64,000 nucleotides of DNA, from positions 10,927-74,926 of the forward strand of contig JAJFTJ010000014.1 in NCBI GenBank assembly GCA_021373015.1, in the 5' to 3' direction. This document shows, one piece after another, positions 56,745 through 64,000 of this stretch. The notes under the pieces are model-generated. The model saw only the letters and a list, made by a program, of their open reading frames with translations. It made no database searches and was not told where the DNA came from. Numbering within the stretch: position 1 is the stretch's first letter; every line of letters starts with the position of its first letter. Position numbers and translations under genes: made by a program. The DNA comes from Nitrospiraceae bacterium. GTDB taxonomy: Bacteria > Nitrospirota > Thermodesulfovibrionia > Thermodesulfovibrionales > UBA1546.

Positions 56745-56809
56745 ATTATGTCTTTGTTATATCGAATTAGCCATAGATTTGATATACTTTCAATAGAAGG
56801 AGCATTCAT

Positions 56810-58705
56810 ATGGCATCCAATGATATTGAGAAAAAAATTATTGAGCTTCGACAAAAGTATCCTTTTAAATTTTTATCAGAAGATAAGATTTTCAGCCATA
56901 TTCATCCCGGGCAGAGAATATTTATAGGTACTGCGTGCGGTGAACCGCAATATCTCGTAAATGCACTAATAAAATATGTGCAGTCACATCCAAAGGCATT
57001 ATACGACGCAGAAATATTGCATGTCTGGACACTCGGAGTTGCTCCATATGCTGACCCCAAGTTTAAAGATTATTTCAGACACAACTCTTTTTTTATCGGG
57101 AACAACACAAGGCAGGCAGTAAACAGAGGAGTTGCAGATTACACGCCTATTTTCCTGTCACAGGTGCCGGATCTTTTTTATAAAAAAATGGTGCCTATTG
57201 ATGTAGCTCTTATACAGACCTCAATGCCTGATGAGCATGGATACCTGAGCCTTGGAATAAGCGTTGATATTGTTAAAGCCGCCGTTGATGTTGCCGCTCT
57301 TGTTATTGCCCAAATTAATCCTGCAATGCCGCGTGTGCATGGAGAGGCTTTCGTAAATATAAACAAGGTTGATTTTATTGTGCCTTACAACGAGCCTTTG
57401 CTGGAATTTTCACTCGGGGCACCTGATGATATTGTTGAAAAAATCGGAACTTATGTATCTCGTCTTATCGAAGACGGAGACACAATTCAAGTAGGATATG
57501 CAGCAATACCAAATGCGATCCTGGGACATCTTAAGAACAAGAAAAATCTGGGCATACATACAGAATTATTAACAGATGGAATTGTTGAACTTATGAAGCA
57601 AGGTGTAATTGATAATTCTAAAAAAGAACTCAATAAAGGGAAGACCGTAGCATCATTTTGTATGGGGAAAAAAGCAACATATGAATATCTCCATGATAAT
57701 CCTTCAATAGAGTTCAGGCCTGTAAACTATACAAACAATCCTCTTGTAATAGCGCGCCACAGAAACATGACCGCAATCAACAGCGCACTGGAGATAGATC
57801 TGACAGGACAGTCTACCGCAGAATCTCTAGGCACAATGTTCTACAGCGGCATAGGAGGACAGGCAGATTTCATGCGCGGCGCAGTACTTTCACAGGGGGG
57901 CAAGACTATACTCGCAATGCAGTCTACAGCGGAAAACGGAGAATTATCAAAAATAGTACCAACATTAAGATCAGGAGCAGGCGTCACATTAACAAGGGGT
58001 GATATCCAATATGTAGTAACAGAGTACGGCATTGCTTATCTTCACGGGAAAAATATAAGAGAACGCGCAATGGATCTTATATCGATTGCACATCCCAAAT
58101 TCAGGCAAATGCTTGTAGAACAGGCAAAGGAACTTAATTTAATCTACAAAGACCAGGATTTCATTAAAGGACAGGGGGGAGAATATCCTGAAGCCATAGA
58201 AACAAGAAGAACCACAAAGGCCGGAGTTGAAATATTTCTGCGTCCTGTAAAGATCACCGATGAACATGCATTAAAAAGTTTTTTCTATTCGCTTTCTCAG
58301 GACTGCATGTACAGCAGATTTATATCTACCCGTAGAGATATGCCGCATGAGAGACTCCAGAAATTTGTGATCATTGATTACACAAAAGAAATGGTAATTC
58401 TTGCAATCGTACAGGATAACAACAAGGAAATTATTGCCGGGATGGGGCAATACATTATTGACGATACAAATCACATAGCAGACGTTGCATTTGTTGTTCG
58501 CGATGATTATCAGAACAAAGGAGTAGGACTGGAGCTTCTGTCATATCTGACATACCTCGCAAAAAGAAGCGGTCTGCATGGATTTACTGCAGAGGTGCTT
58601 TTGGAAAATACCTCAATGCTTCATCTATTTGAGAAAATGGGTTTTGTTATTGACAAACACACAGAAGCAGGGGTCTACGACCTGAGAATGTCCTTTAGAG
58701 AATAA
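56810..58705 (+). CDS. acetyl-CoA hydrolase/transferase family protein fused to a C-terminal GNAT acetyltransferase
   Basis: CoA-transferase core (SGIGGQADFMRGA, GKTILAMQST). The C-terminal 150 aa or so carry GNAT motif A (QNKGVGLELLSYL). Confidence 0.8.
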   Translation: MASNDIEKKIIELRQKYPFKFLSEDKIFSHIHPGQRIFIGTACGEPQYLVNALIKYVQSHPKALYDAEILHVWTLGVAPYADPKFKDYFRHNSFFIGNNTRQAVNRGVADYTPIFLSQVPDLFYKKMVPIDVALIQTSMPDEHGYLSLGISVDIVKAAVDVAALVIAQINPAMPRVHGEAFVNINKVDFIVPYNEPLLEFSLGAPDDIVEKIGTYVSRLIEDGDTIQVGYAAIPNAILGHLKNKKNLGIHTELLTDGIVELMKQGVIDNSKKELNKGKTVASFCMGKKATYEYLHDNPSIEFRPVNYTNNPLVIARHRNMTAINSALEIDLTGQSTAESLGTMFYSGIGGQADFMRGAVLSQGGKTILAMQSTAENGELSKIVPTLRSGAGVTLTRGDIQYVVTEYGIAYLHGKNIRERAMDLISIAHPKFRQMLVEQAKELNLIYKDQDFIKGQGGEYPEAIETRRTTKAGVEIFLRPVKITDEHALKSFFYSLSQDCMYSRFISTRRDMPHERLQKFVIIDYTKEMVILAIVQDNNKEIIAGMGQYIIDDTNHIADVAFVVRDDYQNKGVGLELLSYLTYLAKRSGLHGFTAEVLLENTSMLHLFEKMGFVIDKHTEAGVYDLRMSFRE

Positions 58706-59110
58706 ATGAGAACAAGAAAGTTTTCTTTTTTCATTATTACTGCTGCAATATTTTTTTTGTTTATAACTAACACCTCATCTCCAGAGAGCCAGGAAAAAAT
58801 CACAATGCTGCTGGATGGCAAACGCTATACCCTGCTTACTGCCCGCACCACAGCTGAAAAAACTAAAGGACTCTCAACTATTCGAACGCTCAAAGGAGCT
58901 GATGGAATGATTTTTTATTTAAGCCATCCGCAAAAGGTTGTGTTCTGGAATAAAGACACACATCTTGATTTAGAGCTAATCTGGCTTTACAAAGGTAAAA
59001 TTGTCGGAAGAGATTTTCTGCCCAAAGAAGATAATGTAGGACTTGTTGTTAAAGAAGCTCCCCAGTATGTTGATCAGGTTGTTGAACTGGTCAGGAATCC
59101 TCGCAAATAA
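58706..59110 (+). CDS. DUF192 domain protein (secreted/membrane-anchored)
   Basis: N-terminal hydrophobic segment. KGLS....L.GADGMIF....VVFWNKDTHLDLELIW pattern typical of DUF192. Confidence 0.65.
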   Translation: MRTRKFSFFIITAAIFFLFITNTSSPESQEKITMLLDGKRYTLLTARTTAEKTKGLSTIRTLKGADGMIFYLSHPQKVVFWNKDTHLDLELIWLYKGKIVGRDFLPKEDNVGLVVKEAPQYVDQVVELVRNPRK

Positions 59111-59113
59111 TGC

Positions 59114-60175
59114 TTATGCCTTTCCTGCGTTTTCCAAAAACGCATTAATATTAAATTTTTTGTCTATCAGTTCTTTTGCACGCTGAATTTTCTGCTTCCC
59201 TCTTATTCTTGTCTTTCCCATTATCGCCTCTATTCTGTCAATCACCGTGAAAGTGTCTTCTGCAACAGAGATTATTGGAACGCCTTCTGCCTCAGCCTTA
59301 GCTATGACAACATCATTGGCATAAAGACCGCCTGTGATTATAATGCATTTTGTTGATGTTTCCATGGCAGCAAGCTGTATGTCAGAGCGGTGTGCCCCTG
59401 TAATTACAGCCTTGTTAGGAACTCTCCTGAAATATCTGAGTGCGCTGTCAACATCCATTGCACCAATCAGAAAGTTTTCAATAAATTCATCAAGCCTATT
59501 TTCACAGCAAAGAATTTTACCATTCAAAATTTCAGTAAGTTGTCTTGTTGTAAACGACTCGAGGACGCTGTCTTTTTCAAACACACCGAATATATTTACT
59601 CCTTTTTTCTCAAGGAACGGCTTGACAGTTTTGTCAACATGCTCAAAAGAATTTACAGGAACCCTGTTTATTACTCCGCACATGAAATCCTTTTTTAAAA
59701 GCCTTGCGGCTCCTAATAGTGAGTCCGCAGACATATCTCCAATCCATGATTCGACCATCAAGACACGCGCCTTTATTTCTTTCGCAATGCTCAATGCGTC
59801 GATATTTAGTACAGCTCCGTCAAAGAGATCAGCGCCTCCGCCTATGATAATAAAATCCTTCTTCTTCATTGAATTTAATGCCTTGATTATTCTGGGTTTA
59901 ATATTTTTTATTTTATTATCAAAGATTAGATTCTGTGTCTCATACTCGAGCACAAAAGGCGAGATGACCTCGAACGATTCGTTCAATGATAATGCCTCTT
60001 TTATAAACACTGCGTCGGCATCAAACAAAGCACTCTCTTTTTTTACAGGCACTCTGCCAAAAGGTTTCATATAGCCGACATTGTAACCGAGCTCCATAAG
60101 CTTAAGTGCAATGCCGAGCGCAATAAATGTTTTTCCTGAATAGCTCCGTGTTGATGCTATAAATATTGGAATCAT
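59114..60175 (-). CDS. stand-alone Pta N-terminal-like protein (BioD-like P-loop + DRTGG domain), no PTA_PTB catalytic domain
   Basis: IFIASTRSYSGKTFIALGIALKL...YMKPFG N-terminus. C-terminal DRTGG-like AVITGAHRSDIQLAA...CIIITGG. 353 aa. Confidence 0.7.
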   Translation of the reverse strand: MIPIFIASTRSYSGKTFIALGIALKLMELGYNVGYMKPFGRVPVKKESALFDADAVFIKEALSLNESFEVISPFVLEYETQNLIFDNKIKNIKPRIIKALNSMKKKDFIIIGGGADLFDGAVLNIDALSIAKEIKARVLMVESWIGDMSADSLLGAARLLKKDFMCGVINRVPVNSFEHVDKTVKPFLEKKGVNIFGVFEKDSVLESFTTRQLTEILNGKILCCENRLDEFIENFLIGAMDVDSALRYFRRVPNKAVITGAHRSDIQLAAMETSTKCIIITGGLYANDVVIAKAEAEGVPIISVAEDTFTVIDRIEAIMGKTRIRGKQKIQRAKELIDKKFNINAFLENAGKA

Positions 60176-60201
60176 AAAGTCCCTCCCTTGATAATATTTT
60201 T

Positions 60202-62292
60202 TTAAGGGTGCTCAAAGATTATTCTTGCATCAAGCGCTACTGCACCCTTTTCCATTACAACAAGCGGATTTATATCAAGCTCATGTATAACAGGAAAATC
60301 CGCAGCAATATCAGAAAGTCTCAATATTCCCTCAATGATTGCATCCATATCAGCAGGCTTTTCTCCTCTAACACCTTTAAGAAGCACACCTGTTTTTATC
60401 TCATTAACCATTGATAATGCATCTCTTCTTGTTATCGGCAATATCCTGAAGGAAATGTCTTTCAAAACTTCCACATAAATCCCACCAAGCCCGAACATAA
60501 CCATATGACCGAAAGTCTTGTCATACGTTATCCCAAGTATTACTTCCCTTCCCTTTTCTATCATCTTATAAATCATAACGCCTTTTATGTATGCATCGTG
60601 CATAAGACGGCTTGCATTCGTGGTAAGTTCTGTGAATGTGTCTGATGCTGCTTCCTTTGAATTTATATTCAGCTTAACTCCGCCGACTTCTGTCTTATGA
60701 AGTATGTCAGGAGATGATATTTTCATCACAACAGGAAATCCTATTTTTGATGCAATGTTAGCTGCCTCTTTCGAAGTCCTTGCAAGCGCCCTTTCAGGAA
60801 AAACAAACCCGTATGAAGCAAGAATTTTTACTGCGTCTTCTTCTCCAGCCTTAAACCTGCCTTCTTTAAGTATGCTGTCTATCTGCTGCTTAACGTAATC
60901 ACGGTTAATAGTGGATTTGTACATATGCTCTTCTTCAAGATTTTTCCACTCACTATAATCGCATAGTTCTTTGTATGCATTTACAGCAGCTTCAGGATAT
61001 AAAAAATTAGGGACAGAATTATCCTTCAGTTTCTCTGCCCCCTCTCTAATACTGATGTCACCCATAAATGACGTAATAATCGGCCTGTCTGTCTGTTTTG
61101 TTTTATTAATAATTATCTCTGCTGTGTCTTTTACATTAATCATTGCCTGTGGGGTAAGGATTGCTAGTATCCCGTCAACCTCTGAATCTTTTACCGCCCT
61201 CTCAAGAACAATATCGTATCTCTCTGATGATGCATCACCGATTAAATCTATGGGATTGTAAAGCGATGCATTTGAAGGAAGCAGTTTAACAATCTGATCA
61301 ATACTCTCTTTTGTCATATATGTAAGCTTAAGGCCAAGTCTTTCGGCTGTATCTGCTGCAATAATTCCAGGTCCTCCTGCATTAGTGATGATCAATAACC
61401 TGTTTCCCTTTGGAAATTTTCCAGCAGAAAAAACAATCGCAGAATCAAAAAGTTCCTGGAGGCTTTCTGCTCTTATTATTCCTGACTGTTTGAATGCAGC
61501 ATTAAACGCCTTATCAGACCCTGCAAGCGCACCTGTGTGGGATGAAGCGGCTCGCGCACCTGCCTCGCTTCCTCCGGATTTCAAGAGAATGATAGGTTTT
61601 ACCTTTGCTGCTCTTTTTGCAGTATCCAGAAATTTTTTCCCGTCTATAACATCCTCAATATATCCGAGAATGACATCTGTTTCAGAATCGTTAACAAAAT
61701 ACTCGATGAAATCAGTCTCATTTAGATCTGTTTTGTTGCCCAGACTTATAAACTTTGAAAACCCGATTTTATTACCGATCGCCCAGTCAAGTATTGCAAT
61801 CCCAAGCGCACCTGACTGAGAGAAAAATGCGATCCGTCCACTTGGAAGCATCCCAGCTGAAAACGTAGCATTCATATTATTTAATGTGTTAATAACACCA
61901 AGGCAGTTAGGACCTAGCATTCGTATCCCGTGTTCTGCGCTGATTTCTTTTATTTTCTTTTCAAGCTTCATTCCCTCAGTTCCTGACTCTTTGAAGCCTG
62001 AACTGATAATAACAACTGTGTTTATATCGGCCTTTGCACAATCTTTTAATACATCAGGCACTGAATGGCTAGGAACAGTTACGACCGCAAGGTCAATCTT
62101 TTCCCGGATTGCAGAGACACTTGGAAATGTTTTTATACCCTCAATTTCTCCAGCAGAAGGATTTATAGGAAATATTCTTCCTGCGTAGTTAAACCTTATA
62201 AGATTCTTAAGGACAGCATGACCAACTTTTTGGGGATCCCTTGATGCTCCAATAACAGCGATAGCCTTTGGATTAAAAAGGGTCTCTAGCAT
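60202..62292 (-). CDS. acetate--CoA ligase (ADP-forming), fused alpha/beta domains
   Basis: CoA-binding IAVIGASRDPQKVG, phosphohistidine segment SSHTGALAGS, C-terminal ATP-grasp domain. 696 aa. Confidence 0.85.
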   Translation of the reverse strand: MLETLFNPKAIAVIGASRDPQKVGHAVLKNLIRFNYAGRIFPINPSAGEIEGIKTFPSVSAIREKIDLAVVTVPSHSVPDVLKDCAKADINTVVIISSGFKESGTEGMKLEKKIKEISAEHGIRMLGPNCLGVINTLNNMNATFSAGMLPSGRIAFFSQSGALGIAILDWAIGNKIGFSKFISLGNKTDLNETDFIEYFVNDSETDVILGYIEDVIDGKKFLDTAKRAAKVKPIILLKSGGSEAGARAASSHTGALAGSDKAFNAAFKQSGIIRAESLQELFDSAIVFSAGKFPKGNRLLIITNAGGPGIIAADTAERLGLKLTYMTKESIDQIVKLLPSNASLYNPIDLIGDASSERYDIVLERAVKDSEVDGILAILTPQAMINVKDTAEIIINKTKQTDRPIITSFMGDISIREGAEKLKDNSVPNFLYPEAAVNAYKELCDYSEWKNLEEEHMYKSTINRDYVKQQIDSILKEGRFKAGEEDAVKILASYGFVFPERALARTSKEAANIASKIGFPVVMKISSPDILHKTEVGGVKLNINSKEAASDTFTELTTNASRLMHDAYIKGVMIYKMIEKGREVILGITYDKTFGHMVMFGLGGIYVEVLKDISFRILPITRRDALSMVNEIKTGVLLKGVRGEKPADMDAIIEGILRLSDIAADFPVIHELDINPLVVMEKGAVALDARIIFEHP

Positions 62293-62346
62293 AATTTAGA
62301 TTTTTTGATTTATTAAAAAAGAGTTTATAATTTTTATTTTAACTCA

Positions 62347-62907
62347 TTAAAAATATCCCACCGAGAAGATTGCCATCTCTTCAGGACTCACACTCAATGG
62401 AGGAGTTGTTGCCTTATTTGATCTTGCTGCTGTTAAAAAACCTCCACCGTGTAAAATTACACCTAAATCAACTATGAATGCCCTGCCGGGACCAACTCCT
62501 ATATAGCTGTTGCCTATTCTTTCATGTATTGCAATATCAAATACAATGTTGGCATTCCTGCCGTCGAATTTAACTCCTGTAATATCATAGACTCTTAATA
62601 CAAAAACGCCTTTTGTCTTTAAGAGCATCTCCTGCTTGAGTTCCCAGTAAGCAAAGAGTTTCCACGGGTCAACAGTCATTAAAACGATTTTATTATCTTC
62701 TGATATTGGCGTGACTGCTTTTTTTGCAACAACAGTTCTGGTTTTCTTCTCTTGTTTTGTTTTAGGTTTAGTTAAGACTTTTTTGGCTATTTTTTTAGTC
62801 GGTTTTTTCTTCGAGGCGACTGTTTTTTTCTTAACTGCATTTTTGGATGATTTCTTTTTTGAACCAGCCTTAGTAGTCTTCTTTACCCCTGACTTTGATT
62901 TTTTCAT
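62347..62907 (-). CDS. DUF4912 domain protein with histone-H1-like Lys-rich N-terminal tail
   Basis: Start at the ATG after AAGGAG. About 65 aa of K/A/T/P-rich sequence (KKSKSGVKKTTKAGSKKKSSKN...), then DPWKLFAYWE, which is typical of DUF4912. Confidence 0.6.
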   Translation of the reverse strand: MKKSKSGVKKTTKAGSKKKSSKNAVKKKTVASKKKPTKKIAKKVLTKPKTKQEKKTRTVVAKKAVTPISEDNKIVLMTVDPWKLFAYWELKQEMLLKTKGVFVLRVYDITGVKFDGRNANIVFDIAIHERIGNSYIGVGPGRAFIVDLGVILHGGGFLTAARSNKATTPPLSVSPEEMAIFSVGYF

Positions 62908-62978
62908 GATATCACACTCCTTACTAAACATATCGTATCAGATTTTAAAAAAATCTACTAATAATATCATGGAAGAGT

Positions 62979-64000
62979 TTAGTGCGCTTCCGACCAGTTT
63001 CTGCCTGAACCTATCTCGACTTTTAGGGGAACAACAAGTTTAACAACGCCTTCCATCTTGTCTTTGATAATACTTTTCATTACCTCTGCTTCCGACTCCG
63101 GTCCTTCAAGTAACAGCTCATCATGTACCTGAAGTATAATTTTAGTACTAAACTTCTCTTGTTTCAAGTGTTTCCAGATATTTATCATTGCGCTTTTTAT
63201 TATGTCCGCAGCAGCGCCCTGTATCGGCGAGTTTATTGCAAACCTTTCCCCCTGAGAGCGTATGTTAGTATTTGAATTTTTCAATTCAGGGATAGGCCTT
63301 TTTCTGCCTGCAAATGTTTTTGTATAGCCTTTTTTTCTTACTTCTATCAGAGCTGATTCTATATATTTTTTAACGCCCTTATGTTTTTCAAAGTATTTTT
63401 CTATGTATTTTTTAGCCTCTTCTCTTGGTATGGAAAGCGCTTCTGACAAGCCAAAAGGCGAGATCCCGTATATAACCCCAAAATTTACTGTCTTTGCAGT
63501 CCGTCTCATAACATCAGTAACAGAATCCACCGAAACACCGAAAATCTCTGCTGCTGTCCTTGAATGAACATCAATCCCTTTGTCAAAGGCATCTATAAGG
63601 GTTTTGTCATGGGAAAGATGGGCTAATATTCTGAGTTCTATCTGTGAATAATCCGCTGATATCAAGACACATCCTTTTTCCGGAATGAATGTCTGCCTGA
63701 TCCTTTTTCCCCACTCGCCTTTTATGGGAATGCTTTGAAGATTAGGATCGCTTGTTGAGAGTCTTCCTGTTGCTGCAGTAGTCTGGTTAAAAGACGTATG
63801 AATCCTGCCTGTCTTATTGTTTATAAGTTCAGGAAGCGCATCAACATAGGTTGTTTTTAATTTTGTCAAACTTCTCCAGCTGAGTATCTCGCCGGGGAGC
63901 TCATGAGTTTGAGCCAGTTCTTCAAGAACTGATACCTCTGTTGAAAACCCCGTCTTTGTCTTCTTCCCTGTCTTAAGCCCCATTCCTTCGAATAAAACCT
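62979..64000 (-). CDS. polA: DNA polymerase I, C-terminal polymerase domain (5' part beyond the window)
   Basis: Motif A (SADYSQIELRILAH), motif B (RRTAKTVNFGVIYG), motif C (LQVHDELLLE). ORF is open to the window edge. Confidence 0.93.
   Translation of the reverse strand, partial: VLFEGMGLKTGKKTKTGFSTEVSVLEELAQTHELPGEILSWRSLTKLKTTYVDALPELINNKTGRIHTSFNQTTAATGRLSTSDPNLQSIPIKGEWGKRIRQTFIPEKGCVLISADYSQIELRILAHLSHDKTLIDAFDKGIDVHSRTAAEIFGVSVDSVTDVMRRTAKTVNFGVIYGISPFGLSEALSIPREEAKKYIEKYFEKHKGVKKYIESALIEVRKKGYTKTFAGRKRPIPELKNSNTNIRSQGERFAINSPIQGAAADIIKSAMINIWKHLKQEKFSTKIILQVHDELLLEGPESEAEVMKSIIKDKMEGVVKLVVPLKVEIGSGRNWSEAH

Noticed and set aside
59334-60074. 246-aa plus-strand ORF (and 59390-59698) opposite the DRTGG/Pta-N gene.
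   Set aside because: It is an antisense shadow of a well-supported minus-strand gene, with Ser/Phe/Ile-rich low-complexity translation and no RBS. The same reasoning applies to 37478-38101 and 36599-37072 (opposite feoB), 10133-10678 (opposite the RACo-like gene), 32571-33122, 26710-27210, 13764-14102, 15114-15509, 19473-19880, 50966-51343, 51334-51693, 55505-55885, 61385-61819 and the other short antisense ORFs in the track.

Overview
AT-rich (spot counts about 33-38% G+C) chromosomal segment of a diderm, probably anaerobic bacterium. The gene content (KDO/LPS genes, c-type cytochromes, group-3b-like NiFe hydrogenase, ADP-forming acetyl-CoA synthetase, RACo-like activase, DUF507/DUF4912 proteins) suggests a Nitrospirota/Thermodesulfovibrio-like or deltaproteobacteria-like lineage, by inference only. 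The window is almost entirely tightly packed core metabolism and signalling. One long minus-strand array runs asd ... RACo-like, queH, spoIID-like, queA, SPOR, phoH, 7TM-HD, ybeY, hisF. A long plus-strand array runs kdsB, pyrG, kdsA, kdsD, kdsC, pgsA, plsY, TPR, DUF4388, queC, pyrimidine-nucleoside phosphorylase. There is also a four-subunit NiFe hydrogenase operon with its protease, a feoB-fur operon, an rpsF-ssb-rpsR operon and an acetyl-CoA gene cluster. I found no CRISPR array, transposase, integrase or phage gene, and no clear-cut novel multi-gene system. The items most worth a second look are:
- an orphan tRNA-Ile/tRNA-Ala/5S rRNA unit with no 16S or 23S;
- a DUF4388 protein with a tandem MshEN-type c-di-GMP-binding motif, a TM helix and a GspG-like pseudopilin head;
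- an identical 18-bp perfect palindrome on both sides of the pabB-pabC fusion gene;
- a 10-bp x3 tandem repeat that splits a lipoprotein gene and restores one ORF at x2;
- a haem-c DUF3365 sensor whose only output is a Cys/His zinc-ribbon-like tail;
- an unlisted 53-aa Cys-rich ORF with a consensus promoter and RBS;
- a more G+C-rich left edge (1-1200) with a HEPN-like ORF plus a small membrane protein.
Functional calls rest on motif recognition by eye. No database search was run.
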